Origin: Acidobacteriota bacterium
GTDB lineage: Bacteria; Acidobacteriota; UBA890; WLXD01
DNA: 64,000 bases
NCBI GenBank assembly: GCA_965205505.1
Contig: CBDBHB010000009.1
Location: forward strand, 448,001 to 512,000
Reading direction: 5' to 3'
Part shown: piece by piece, positions 51,021 through 61,660 of the stretch
Layout: every line of letters begins with the position of its first letter
Numbering within the stretch: position 1 is the first letter of the stretch
Notes under the pieces: generated by a model
What the model saw: the letters and a program-made list of their open reading frames with translations, nothing else
What the model was told of the DNA's origin: nothing
The model's database searches: none
Made by a program: the position numbers and the translations under genes

Positions 51021-52760
51021 CTAACGAGCCGGCTGCTGTTTGATGATCCACTCGACCAGTTTCGCCACGGCCTTCGAAGTTGCGGCGTCCAGAGCATCGA
51101 GGTCGTTCATGTCGTCGACACGGATGCGCTCGTCCGTGTCGGCGTCGCGCTGCGTGCTCCGTACCCTGAGGCGGAGATCCATTTCTCGGCGGGGCTCGTC
51201 CGCGAGCTCACGCAGCTCGATCCAGGCGGTGAAGTCGACCAAGGCCGGGTACCGCGCCAGCGCGATCGTGGGTTGTCGCTCCAGGTGGCGCGCTATGCGA
51301 CGGTGCACACTTCGCAGCGCCAGCTGCGCCGCGAGGTCGGGGACCATCGGCTTGAGAAACTCGATCACCGGCCCCTCATTCAGGGTAACGAGTCCCGCGG
51401 GTGGGTCCGACACGCGGCGTAGCCGGTCGATGATCTCCTCGGCGGGCACCCCTGCGCGCCGCGCCCGGATGGCGTGATTCTAGGCGGCCGGGTAGTCCAA
51501 CAGCCGGTACGCGACTTGGGCGATGCGCGCGTGCAGCTCACCGGAGCCTGGGGTCAGATCAAGCGCCTGCTCGTAGGCCTGGCGGGCCCCTGGCCACACG
51601 CCGGCGTCCTCGAGCACCCGGCCGCGACCCAGGTGCGCGGAGCTCAGCTGCGGATCGATGGCGGCGGCCGCCCGGAACATCGACAGGGCGGCCGTGGGGT
51701 CATCCGCGAGCAGGCGCGACGCCTGCCGTAACGCAGACCGCGCGCCAGCATAATCCACCGAGGTGCGGAAGACGCCAGGCTGCACCAACGGATCGGCATC
51801 GGCAACCTTGACCACTACGCTATGCCCACCTTGCTGTACCGGCGTGGGACCGCGGTAGGCGAGCACGTAGTAGCCGCGCACCAGCGCCAGCACTTTGTCG
51901 TAGCCGTCGCGTATGTCACGTTGCATGATCAACTGCCCGCCGGAGACGCGCGCCAGCTCTCCGAGCTGTTGCTGTAGCTGCTCGATGTAGGAGCGCTCAC
52001 GCTGGTAGCTGGCGAAATCCCATGAAAAGCTGGGCGCCAAGCGGCGGCCGGCCGCCAAGCCGACGGCGACCGCGAAGATCGGTGTCTCGGCCTGATGTGT
52101 CGCCAGCAGAACGTCGGCGTATTGTGCGTTGCCGCCGGTGTCTTCGCCGTCGGAGAGCAGCACCATCGCGGCACGTCGGCCAAGGGCCTCGGTCGCCGAC
52201 AGGGGCTCGGTGCAGCTGGCGTGGCCGGCGGCCCCATCGAGGCGCTCTTCATCTTCGGGCCGCCGCCTCCGCAGACCGCGGTAGGCGGCCTGAATGGCAT
52301 CGTAGAGGCGTGTCTCCGAGCCGTAGGGAATGGCGTCGACGATACGTCTCAGCAATGCATCCCGAGGCGATCCCCATCGGCCGGGCCCTACCGCCGAATG
52401 GAACGGCATGAGCAGGACACAGTCGTCGGGCGCCAGCGCGTCGAGAAGCGAGTGAATCGCCTCACGAGGTCTCGGGTCCGGCCACTCCTGTTCGATGCTC
52501 GCGCTGAAGTCCAGTACCAGCGCCAGGTCCAAGGGTGCGTTACTGGGTGCGAGCACCAACTGAATTTCCTGTTCGATCCCTTCTTCGAAAAGCCTGAAGT
52601 CGTCGACCCCGAGACCAGTGACGGGCTCGCCGTCGTCATCGAGTACTGCCACCTTGATGCGCGTCAGGTAGACAGCGGTGCGGTAGCTGTGCTGGTCCTG
52701 CGCGTCGAGCCGACCGCAGACCATCGCCACCAATGCCAGCAGGGCGAGCGTACGAACCAT
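51021..52760 (-). pseudogene. VWA-domain (VWFA-related Acidobacterial type) + TPR protein with an in-frame TAG at 51480-51482
   Basis: VLDDDGEPVTGL...F.LFEEG, LDFSAS, T.LYDAI and LSDGED motifs. The downstream ORF is in the same frame. Confidence 0.75.
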
Positions 52761-53007
52761 CGAACCTAGCAGGCCGTCCTACTCCTGTTTCCCCTGTACC
52801 CCAGGCGGCAAGGGGAGTCGCCGGCAAGTTGCCGAGCATAGTAGCGAGCTGCGCAAAGGTACCGTCGAACCTGCTTGTCTTCCACAGGCGGCCGTTGGTT
52901 TCCCGACCCGGAAGGTGCCCGATCGCGGCGCACGATCAGGACGTCTGTCGCCCTGTGTTCGCCAAACGCTGACTTCGACTCCGGTTTCCGGCGTAGCGAT
53001 ATCAATC

Positions 53008-53046
53008 TTAAATGTAGTTTAAATGTCTTTTAATGTGTTTTAAGGA
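53008..53046. promoter_or_regulatory. AT-rich direct repeats with 10-11 bp period
   Basis: ttaaatgt at 53008 and 53019, ttaatgt at 53030, ttaagga at 53040. Confidence 0.45.
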
Positions 53047-53279
53047 GTTATAACAGGTAGATGAAGGTGGCCGATGATCGGCAAGCGGCCTGGAGGAGCG
53101 TGTTTCGCGTGCGGCACACGGTCGAGCACCGCGCCCTCGGGCGGGGCTGTGCCTGCTCGGCCATCCCTGTCCGACAACTGCGGACGACGCTGGTGTTGGT
53201 CGTTGCGGCTGTGGCGTGGTCTTGGCTACTTTCTTGAAAGGCACCAGGAGCCAGTAGTGCGTGACCGGCAACGGCGCCG

Positions 53280-53597
53280 TTGGCCGGCTTCTCGAAACGA
53301 AACGTGCCCACGCTGCACGCCAACCGCCGAGACTACGGCGAGTTCTTGCAGGAAATGCTGGCGTTCCACACCACGGAGTACATGGCACTTGCCTTCGGCG
53401 GAGGCGGGCTGACCCGGGTGCCGGTGGTCAGCGTTGGCTCGTGGAATGAGGAATGGGAAGGGCATGCAGTGATGCCGTCCCGCTTCAATTTCACACTTTC
53501 GCCGCGCACGCAGCAGGGATTCGACTACGTGCTGGCGATCAAGCAGGCCTTCGGCTGGAACCACTACGCCGAGAAGAGCGTGCAACTGTCGTACTAG
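53280..53597 (+). pseudogene. C-terminal fragment of a GH99/GH71-like glycoside hydrolase
   Basis: VSVGSWNEEWEGHAVMP resembles the SWNEW.EG motif. The upstream part is missing. Confidence 0.45.
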
Positions 53598-53759
53598 CAG
53601 GTTGGCGCTCGGCCAACCTCGCGCTTCGATCCTGTGCCGCATCTCGCTTGCGTATCCTTACGGCGCGACGAAGCGGCAGAGTAGGCTTGGCGCGGCTGGG
53701 GCTATCTGACGGCCATGTGACCGGCACAGCGTCGGCCGCCGATCCGCTCCGAGGAGACA

Positions 53760-55199
53760 GTGGTGAGTGTGCAACTGGGCCTGTTGATCGGCTACTCGGC
53801 GGCGTTGATCGTCATCGGCGCATGGGTTGGCCGGCGCGTCGGCAGCGCCCGACAGTTCTTCGTTGCCGGACGGCAGCTCGGGCCATTTCTGCTGTTCGCG
53901 ACCATCCTGGCGGCCAACATCGGCGCCGGTACCACAATGGGTGCTGCCAGCCTCGGATACCGTGACGGCGTCAGCGCCTGGTGGTGGGTCGGCTCGGCCG
54001 GCCTGGGCACGCTGCTGATGGCCTACTCGATCGGCCCCATAATTTGGCGACATGCGCGCAAGCACGACCTGCGGACCGTGGGTGACTATCTGGAGTGGCG
54101 ATACGGATCCGATGTGCGCGGTGTCACAGCGGTCCTTCTTTGGGTCGCCAGCCTGACGGCGTTGTCGGCTCAGTTGGTGGCGGTGGCGTTCGTGCTCAAC
54201 GTCGTCGCCGGCGTTCCAACCGCCGTTGGCTGTGTGCTCGGTGGCGTGGTGGTGACGACGTACTTTACCGCCGGCGGCCTGTTGACCTCGGCGTGGGTAA
54301 ACATGGTGCAGCTCGTAGTCTTGCTGACCGGCTTTGCGCTAGCGCTGCCGATTGCGATGACCGCGGCCGGTGGGTGGCAGTCGATCGTCGCGGCTGCACC
54401 GGTCGGCAACACGGACTTCTTCAGCTGGTCGCAGGGGGGAGCATCCGGCTGGCACTACATGACGTTGTTGATACCGCCATTCATGGTCTCGCCGGGGCTG
54501 TTGCAGAAGGTCTACGGAGCGCGCAGCGAGCGAACCGTTCGAATCGGCGTAGGAGCGAGCGCCTTGGGATTGCTGCTGTTCGCAGCTGTTCCGCCGCTGT
54601 TCGGGATGCTGGCGCGCGTTTACGACCCGGCGCTGACCGGCAATGCGATCAACATGGCTCTGCCCGTGGTGTTGACGGTGGGGCTGCCGCTGGCGATCGG
54701 CACCGTAGGGTTGGCGGCCGTCTTTTCCGCCGAGGTGAGCTCGGCGGACGCCGTGCTCTTCATGCTGTCCACCTCGTTGTCCGAGGATCTCTATCACAGG
54801 TTCCTGGCGCCGGATGCTGGGGAGCACCAGGTGTTGAAGATGGCGCGTCTCGGCGCCATCGCAGGCGGAGTGCTCGCCACGATGTTGGCCATCGCGCTGG
54901 GTTCGGTGATCGAATCCATCACCATTTTCTACTCGCTGTTGTCCATGAGCCTATTTGTTCCGATCGTTGGCGGGGTGTATTGGGCGCGGGCGGGCAGCCG
55001 TGATGCGATTGCGGCCATCGTCGTGGGAGTGGGAGTCTTCGTCGTTGCCCGATACGTCGCTGACATTCCCACCACCGGTTTGTGGAATCCTAACTTCGTC
55101 GGGCTGCTAGCATCCGCCGTGGCGTTCGCGGCCTCGGTATGGCTAACCACCGACCGCCGGTCGGGGGCACCACCTGAGGAGAGGAAACTAGATGTTTGA
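53760..55199 (+). CDS. Sodium:solute symporter family protein
   Basis: FFVAGR.LG, YFTAGGL and A.VSSAD motifs; about 13 TM helices. Confidence 0.9.
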   Translation: MVSVQLGLLIGYSAALIVIGAWVGRRVGSARQFFVAGRQLGPFLLFATILAANIGAGTTMGAASLGYRDGVSAWWWVGSAGLGTLLMAYSIGPIIWRHARKHDLRTVGDYLEWRYGSDVRGVTAVLLWVASLTALSAQLVAVAFVLNVVAGVPTAVGCVLGGVVVTTYFTAGGLLTSAWVNMVQLVVLLTGFALALPIAMTAAGGWQSIVAAAPVGNTDFFSWSQGGASGWHYMTLLIPPFMVSPGLLQKVYGARSERTVRIGVGASALGLLLFAAVPPLFGMLARVYDPALTGNAINMALPVVLTVGLPLAIGTVGLAAVFSAEVSSADAVLFMLSTSLSEDLYHRFLAPDAGEHQVLKMARLGAIAGGVLATMLAIALGSVIESITIFYSLLSMSLFVPIVGGVYWARAGSRDAIAAIVVGVGVFVVARYVADIPTTGLWNPNFVGLLASAVAFAASVWLTTDRRSGAPPEERKLDV

Positions 55200-56934
55200 T
55201 CGGAGGCACTTCGTGGGCTTGTTCGCGGGCACGGCTTTCGCCAGCACTCGGTTGCCCGGAGCGCTCTGGGAGGCGGTGCAAGACGAGCCGGAATCGCCGA
55301 TCACCGTCGGCATGATCGAGGGCGCGGAGCAGATCGCGGGTCTGGAGATGACGCCGGACGAGCGCGAGATGATGCGTTCAGGTCTGGGTCGCTATCTCGA
55401 GTCGTACCGCGCCCTGCGTAGCATCGAGATTCCCAATGCGGTGCCGCCGGCCCTCGGCTTCGAGCCCGACATGCCTGGTGTGGGTGCAACACTGCCCGAG
55501 GGGCCGGATCGCGTGCGTCCGACACGCTGGCAGAGGGTAGGGCGGCCTGCCGATAGCGACGAGCTGGCGTTCATGCCGGTCACCCGGCTGGCCCGCTTGC
55601 TGCGCAGCCGAAAGGTCAGCTCAACCGAGCTGACGGACATCTATCTGCAGCGTTTGCAGCGCTACGACCCGGCGCTGCTCTTCACAGTCAGCCTCACCGC
55701 CGAGCGCGCCCAGCGCCAGGCCCGAGTCGCCGATCGTGAGATCGCAGCGGGCAACTACCGCGGGCCGCTACACGGTATTCCCTGGGGCGCCAAGGATCTG
55801 TTGGCGGTGAAGGGGTATCCGACCACCTGGGGAGCGGCTCCGTACCGCGAGCAGGTGATCTCCGAGGACGCCACCGTCGTGCGCCGCCTCGACGAGGCCG
55901 GTGCCGTGCTGGTTGCCAAGCTGACCTTGGGGGCGCTGGCGATGGGTGACTACTGGTTCGGCGGCCGCACCCGCAACCCATGGAATTCAGAGGAGGGGTC
56001 CAGCGGGTCGTCGGCCGGCCCCGGTTCAGCTACGGCCGCCGGCTGTGTGGGGTTCGGAATCGGTACCGAGACGCGCGGCAGCATCGTATCGCCAAGCACG
56101 CGCAATGGCGTGTCGGGCTTCCGACCCACGTTCGGTCGCGTCAGCCGCGCCGGCGCCATGGCGCTGTCGTGGAGCATGGACAAGATCGGCCCGATGTGCC
56201 GTAGCGTCGAGGACTGTGCCCTGGTCTTCGCAGCGATCCACGGGGCGGATGGTATTGACCCGAGCGCCCGCGACGTGCCGTTCTCGTGGGACGCGTACCG
56301 TGACGTGCAAGGCCTTCGGATCGGGTATCTGGAGGCGGCCTTCGAGGAGGACGACGACTACGCGAATCGCGCCTTCGATCTGGAGACGTTGCGGGTTCTT
56401 CGAGAGGATCTCGGAGTGTACATGGAGCCGGTGCAGATGCCCGACTTGCCGGTCGAGGCGATCGGCTTCGTGCTCATGGCCGAGGCTGCCGCGGCGTTCG
56501 ATGACCTCACACGCAGCGGTCGGGACGACGAGCTTACGCGGCAAACGCGCGGCTCGTGGCCGAACTCGTTTCGCACCGCCCGGCTGATTCCGGCCGTTGA
56601 GTACATTCAGGCGAACCGCGCCCGGACGCTATACATGCGGCAGTTCGCCGAGGCGCTCCGGGGCTTCGATGTCGTGGTCGCTCCGTCGTTCCGCAACGGT
56701 GTGGTCGGAGCCACGAACCTGACCGGGCATCCGTGCGTAGTGGTGCCGAACGGCTTCGAGGACGACGGCACGCCGGTCAGTATCTCGTTCATCGGCAATC
56801 TGTACCGCGATTCCGAAGCGCTGACGGTGGCGCACGCTTACCAGCAGGCGACCGATTTCCACCGGCGGCATCCGATTCTCGAAAGCTTGCCGGTCATCCT
56901 CACCACCCCGCCGACGTCCCGCAAGAGTTCATGA
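55192..56934 (+). CDS. Amidase-signature family enzyme with Tat-like signal and GatC-like N-terminal segment
   Basis: GPLHGIPWGAKDL, GSSGSSAG, GTETRGSI and NLTGHP motifs; N-terminal DRRHF. Confidence 0.9.
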   Translation: MFDRRHFVGLFAGTAFASTRLPGALWEAVQDEPESPITVGMIEGAEQIAGLEMTPDEREMMRSGLGRYLESYRALRSIEIPNAVPPALGFEPDMPGVGATLPEGPDRVRPTRWQRVGRPADSDELAFMPVTRLARLLRSRKVSSTELTDIYLQRLQRYDPALLFTVSLTAERAQRQARVADREIAAGNYRGPLHGIPWGAKDLLAVKGYPTTWGAAPYREQVISEDATVVRRLDEAGAVLVAKLTLGALAMGDYWFGGRTRNPWNSEEGSSGSSAGPGSATAAGCVGFGIGTETRGSIVSPSTRNGVSGFRPTFGRVSRAGAMALSWSMDKIGPMCRSVEDCALVFAAIHGADGIDPSARDVPFSWDAYRDVQGLRIGYLEAAFEEDDDYANRAFDLETLRVLREDLGVYMEPVQMPDLPVEAIGFVLMAEAAAAFDDLTRSGRDDELTRQTRGSWPNSFRTARLIPAVEYIQANRARTLYMRQFAEALRGFDVVVAPSFRNGVVGATNLTGHPCVVVPNGFEDDGTPVSISFIGNLYRDSEALTVAHAYQQATDFHRRHPILESLPVILTTPPTSRKSS

Positions 56935-57959
56935 GTCCACAGGATCGAGAGAGTCAGATCCGCACGATCTGTCTGATCATCCTGACGGCGTTTGCCATCG
57001 GGGTAGTGCTCTATTGGTTGCGCCCGGTACTCGTGCCGGTCGTTCTAGCGGTGTTCGTGACCGTCGCGATGATGCCGTTGATCGACGTGCAAACGAGATC
57101 ATTGCGGGTGCCGTTGCCGCTGGCGGTGGCCAGCTCGGTAGTGTTTACCGTGCTGCTGCTCATGCTGGTGGGAATCATCGTGTCGGTGTCCGTAACGCGG
57201 CTCGTCGGCAACGTCGGCCTCTACCAGCAACAGATCGGACTACTGATCTCCAGCGCCCTGGATCGAATGCCGCTCGAGCAACTCGGGATCGATGAGTCGT
57301 ACCTGCTCAGACAGATGCCCAGCCAGGTAGGCGCGGCGCTGCTCGGCACCGGCAACGCCTTGATCGACATTCTCTCCAATGGGTTCCTGGTCGTCGTCTT
57401 CGTGATCTTTCTGTTGATCGGGCGCAGCGGCCAGGCGCCCACGAGCGCGGTGTTGGCGGAGGTCGAAGAGCGCGTCAAACTCTACGTCGGCGTCAAGTTC
57501 TTGATCTCGCTGGCGACGGCGTTCTCGGTCGGCACGGTGCTGCAGTTGCTCGGCATCCCGTTCGCCCTGATGTTTGGGCTGCTGGTCTTCTTATTGAATT
57601 TTATTCCCAGCGTCGGCTCGGTGATCGCGACGTTGCTGCCTCTGCCGGTCGTCCTGGTGCAGCCGGAGATCTCGAGCACGGCGGCGGTGCTCGCGATCGC
57701 TCTTCCCGCGGCCATCCAGATCATCATGGGCAACTTCATCGAGCCCAGGATTTACGGCGAATCACTGGACCTTCACCCCGTCGTAACGCTGATGTCGTTG
57801 GTCCTTTGGGGAACGCTCTGGGGGATCGTCGGAATGTTCCTCGCCGCGCCGATGGCGGCAGTGATCAAGATCTTCCTGGCACGTCTCGAGCACACGGCGC
57901 CGATCGCCGAGGCGATGGGCGGGCGGCTCGGCGCTCTCTTCGGTGACGAAACGACATAG
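56931..57959 (+). CDS. AI-2E family transporter
   Basis: LNFIPSVG, GNFIEPRIYG.SLDLHP and WG.LWG.VGMFLA.P motifs. Confidence 0.9.
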   Translation: MSPQDRESQIRTICLIILTAFAIGVVLYWLRPVLVPVVLAVFVTVAMMPLIDVQTRSLRVPLPLAVASSVVFTVLLLMLVGIIVSVSVTRLVGNVGLYQQQIGLLISSALDRMPLEQLGIDESYLLRQMPSQVGAALLGTGNALIDILSNGFLVVVFVIFLLIGRSGQAPTSAVLAEVEERVKLYVGVKFLISLATAFSVGTVLQLLGIPFALMFGLLVFLLNFIPSVGSVIATLLPLPVVLVQPEISSTAAVLAIALPAAIQIIMGNFIEPRIYGESLDLHPVVTLMSLVLWGTLWGIVGMFLAAPMAAVIKIFLARLEHTAPIAEAMGGRLGALFGDETT

Positions 57960-58007
57960 CGGTTTCGGGCATTGCTGCAGCTGCCGAGCCCAACAGGAGA
58001 GGTGTGA

Positions 58008-58610
58008 ATGCTTCAGCTGTATGACAACGCGGTCTCTGGCAACGCCTACAAGGTACGCCTGATGCTCGCCCATCTCGAACTGCCGTACGAGCGCATTCCG
58101 ATCAGCGTTACGGATCGCAGCAATCGCGAGGAGCTCTTCGCCGGCAAGAATCCTGCGCTACGTATTCCCGTCCTGCGGCTCGAAGACGGCCGCTTCCTGG
58201 GCGAGTCCAACGCCATCATCTGGTATCTCGCCGAACGCACCCCCTACTTGCCTGATGGTCGCTACGAGCGCGCGCAGGTCCTGCAATGGATGTTCTACGA
58301 GCAGTATGACCACGAGCCCGCTGTCGCAGTAGCGCGTTTCCTCTTGCACTATGGCGACGACCCGGAGCGCCACGCCGACCTCATAGCCCAGAAGCAAGAG
58401 CTCGGACGAAAGGCGCTACGCACAATGGATCGCCGCCTGGCCGAGTCCGAGTTCGTCGCTGGCGCTACCTACTCCATTGCCGACGTCGCCCTTTACGCCT
58501 ACACGCACGTCGCCGATGAGGCGGGCATCGACCTGCACGAGCACCCCAACGTCGAGTCGTGGATTGCTCGGGTCGCCGCGCAGCCAGGACATGTGACGAT
58601 CGACGCCTGA
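58008..58610 (+). CDS. Glutathione S-transferase family protein
   Basis: SGNAYKVRL, NP..RIPVL, ESNAI and SIADVALY motifs. Confidence 0.92.
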   Translation: MLQLYDNAVSGNAYKVRLMLAHLELPYERIPISVTDRSNREELFAGKNPALRIPVLRLEDGRFLGESNAIIWYLAERTPYLPDGRYERAQVLQWMFYEQYDHEPAVAVARFLLHYGDDPERHADLIAQKQELGRKALRTMDRRLAESEFVAGATYSIADVALYAYTHVADEAGIDLHEHPNVESWIARVAAQPGHVTIDA

Positions 58611-58638
58611 CGGCGGGGACGTCCGGTCGGCTATGGCC

Positions 58639-61332
58639 TCAGCTCTTCAATGCGTCGACCGAATCGACTCGGGTAGCGCGTAGCGCCGGAGAAAGGCAAG
58701 CTGCGGTCGCCACGGCGAGCAGCGTGAGTGCTACGGATAGAACCGTCACCGGATCGCCCGGAGCAACGCCGTAGAGCAAGCCGGCGAGCAGCCTCGACAC
58801 GGCGAGACTGGCCGCGGTACCAAAAACGACGCCGAGTACCGTCATCCGGAGGCCGCCGCCGATTACCAGCGTCAGCACGTCTTGGCGATCGGCACCGAGG
58901 GCCATGCGCACGCCCATCTCCTGGGTGCGCCGCGATACCGTGTACGTCAACACGGCGTAGATTCCGGCGGTCCCGAGAATCAGCGCCAGGCCAGCGAAGA
59001 TCGCCAACAGTTGCATGGCGAAGCGCGATTGCCACATCAAGTTGCCGAGTCGCTGCTGCAGCGTTTCCACGCTATAGACGTTCATGCGCGTGCCGAGCGA
59101 CCAGATTGCCTGCTCTGCTGGCCGCAACATGCTCTCTGGAGCTTCGCGAGTGCGCGCCACCAGGTTCATGATCGGTAGCGGTAAATGCGCCGCGGACACG
59201 TACACCATGGGGAACGGTGCGGGGTCGGTGCCGGCACCTCGGACGTTGGCCACCAGACCGACGATCTCCCATTCCATGTCAGGAAAGCGTCGCAGCGTCG
59301 CGGCGGTTCCGGTCAACTCGGGGACGATGCGTTGTCCAATTGGGTCACGGTCGCCGAAATAGCGCCGCGCGAACTCCGCGTTGACCACCAGTACCGGTGC
59401 CGCCTCGACGGTGTCATATTGGTCGATCGTGCGGCCGCTCAGCAGCGCGATCCCCATGGTCTCGAAGTAGCCGCGCATCACGATACGCGCCACGACGTTG
59501 GGGTTGCGCGCCGCGTCGGGCGCATCGCCGGGCCCATGGAACCGGATCGGGGCATTGGCGAACTCGGGCGGCACGAAGCTCACAGCGCTGGCAGACTCGA
59601 TGCCCGGTAACTCCTCCAAGGCCGCTGCAGCCTGCTCGAAATGCGATGTCCAGGCTTCCGGATCGGGTCCGATGCGCAGCGAGTTGCGAAGCGTGATGAG
59701 CCGGTTGGCGTCGTAACCGAGCTCCACATTCTGCAGGTTGCGGAAGCTCTGAAGAAGCAAGCTCGCTCCCACCAGAAGCACCACCGAGACCGCTGTTTCG
59801 GTGATCACCAAGAGACCGCGCAGTCGTCCTGCGCGCCCGCCGGTGGTGCTGCCCCGACTCCCATCTTGGAGTGCCGAGGACAAAGTTTGGCGCCCGGCGA
59901 CGCGCGCCGGGGCCAGCGCCGCGACGATTCCTGTCAGAACGCACAGCACGGCAGCGAACCCGAGCACGGTGCTGTTGACTCCTACGTGCTCGAGGAACGG
60001 CACGGCGGCGAGCCCGCCGATGGTCGTCGACCCGCCCGCGCCGGTGCCGGGAATTAGCCGCAGGAGGACTGGCAGCGCCGCGAACGCGACGAGCACGCCC
60101 ACGCCACCGCCCAACGTGGCGAGCACCAACCCCTCGCTGACCATCTGTCGCAGCAGCCGTCCGCGGCCGGCTCCCAGGGCGCTTCGCAGCGCCACCTCGC
60201 GTGATCGCTCGATTGCGTGCGCCAGGCCGAGGTTGGCGACATTGGCGCATGCGATGAGCAGAACCAGCCCAACAGCCAGCAGCAAGAATCCGAAGGTCTG
60301 CCGGTAGGCGCCGACCGTATTGTCTCGAACCGGCGTGACCTTGACGCTCCAGCCGCTGTTGGACTCCGGCAATTCGGCCTCGGCGTCGGCAGCGATCGCC
60401 GACATCTCTTGCTGCGCCTGAGCTACCGTCACGCCGGGCTTGAGGCGCGCAAAGACTGCATTGTTGCGGGTCGCGCGGTCCTGCTCGCGGCCGGCGAAAA
60501 CGGTAGGCATCCACAGATCTGGTTGAACCGGTAGCTGATGCGTCGAGTAGAAGTCGGGGCGCAGGATACCGATCACGACGAAGGGCTCGTCATCGAGCAC
60601 AACCGTCTTGCCGATGAGGGCCGGGTCGCCGCCCAGGGACCGTTGCCAGATCCGGTGGCTGACGACGACAACCCCTGTACCGGTCGCGTCGCCCGCCTCG
60701 AACGTGCGCCCGAGGTACGGCTCGACCCCCAGCACGTCGAAGTAGTTTTCCGTAACCACGTGCGTCAACGGCACGAGCGGCTCGTCGAATTGCGTGAATG
60801 CCACGCTGTTGTTCGACAGGGCGGCCATGCCGGTGAACGACGAGGCGCGCGCCGTCCATGCCAAGAACTCGGCCGGGGGTGCTCCGGCAAAGGTCGTCAG
60901 TCCACGCCGGCTGCCGTCGCCCCACAGCAGCATGAGGCGGTCGGGCTCCGCGTACGGTAGGGGATGGAACAGCACCCCGTGGACGATGCTGAAGATGGCG
61001 GTGTTGGCACCGATACCAAGCGCCAGGGCGAAGACTGCTCCAGCGACGTATGCGGGCCGACGCACCAGGGCCCGCACCGCGTAGCGCAGATCCTGGGCAC
61101 TCCCCTCCACGAAGCTCGCCAAGGGTCGGCGGATGCCGCGGCGCAGTCCCAGGCGGATGGCGTCCTCGGCGGCGTTGAGCAGGCGTCGGGCGCGGAACAC
61201 GCGGCCATGGCCCTCGGCGCGGGCCTGCGCCAGCTCCCCCTCCCACTCTGCATACCAATCCTGACGACGCGCAGCTGGCACGACTCGGCGGAGGATTTGC
61301 AGCGAGTACAATCCGGCGATCCGCCTAGACAT
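58639..61332 (-). CDS. ADOP-type duplicated ABC (MacB/FtsX) permease
   Basis: DLRYAVR.L, ALGIGANTAIFS, LLIACANVANL and RRTQEMGVRMALGA motifs. Confidence 0.92.
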   Translation of the reverse strand: MSRRIAGLYSLQILRRVVPAARRQDWYAEWEGELAQARAEGHGRVFRARRLLNAAEDAIRLGLRRGIRRPLASFVEGSAQDLRYAVRALVRRPAYVAGAVFALALGIGANTAIFSIVHGVLFHPLPYAEPDRLMLLWGDGSRRGLTTFAGAPPAEFLAWTARASSFTGMAALSNNSVAFTQFDEPLVPLTHVVTENYFDVLGVEPYLGRTFEAGDATGTGVVVVSHRIWQRSLGGDPALIGKTVVLDDEPFVVIGILRPDFYSTHQLPVQPDLWMPTVFAGREQDRATRNNAVFARLKPGVTVAQAQQEMSAIAADAEAELPESNSGWSVKVTPVRDNTVGAYRQTFGFLLLAVGLVLLIACANVANLGLAHAIERSREVALRSALGAGRGRLLRQMVSEGLVLATLGGGVGVLVAFAALPVLLRLIPGTGAGGSTTIGGLAAVPFLEHVGVNSTVLGFAAVLCVLTGIVAALAPARVAGRQTLSSALQDGSRGSTTGGRAGRLRGLLVITETAVSVVLLVGASLLLQSFRNLQNVELGYDANRLITLRNSLRIGPDPEAWTSHFEQAAAALEELPGIESASAVSFVPPEFANAPIRFHGPGDAPDAARNPNVVARIVMRGYFETMGIALLSGRTIDQYDTVEAAPVLVVNAEFARRYFGDRDPIGQRIVPELTGTAATLRRFPDMEWEIVGLVANVRGAGTDPAPFPMVYVSAAHLPLPIMNLVARTREAPESMLRPAEQAIWSLGTRMNVYSVETLQQRLGNLMWQSRFAMQLLAIFAGLALILGTAGIYAVLTYTVSRRTQEMGVRMALGADRQDVLTLVIGGGLRMTVLGVVFGTAASLAVSRLLAGLLYGVAPGDPVTVLSVALTLLAVATAACLSPALRATRVDSVDALKS

Positions 61333-61660
61333 GCTGTCGCTCGCCCGCCGAGGCGAGATGCTGGGCTGGGAAACGGTCCCGAGCCTGGGCGATAAGCGGC
61401 GTGGCGCGCCTCGTGAGCTCGTAGTACTTGCGAGCCGGTCGGTTGCTCGAGCGTGTTACGCGCACCGGTTCCCAGCGCGATCGAAGCATACCGGCCTCCT
61501 CGAGTCGTCGCAGCAGCGGATAAACGGTCCCGCTGCGTACGCCCACCACCTCGATGATCTCGAAACCGTATCGATAGCCGGCGTCGAGCGCTTGCAACAC
61601 CATGGCGGTGGCGTATGTCATACGCATCGCCTGCTCTCCGGTGAGTGCTTCGGCTGTCAT
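61325..61660 (-). CDS. PadR-family regulator (ADOP-associated)
   Basis: YGFEI...SGTVYPLLRRLE..G...RKYYELT. Confidence 0.9.
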   Translation of the reverse strand: MTAEALTGEQAMRMTYATAMVLQALDAGYRYGFEIIEVVGVRSGTVYPLLRRLEEAGMLRSRWEPVRVTRSSNRPARKYYELTRRATPLIAQARDRFPAQHLASAGERQHV

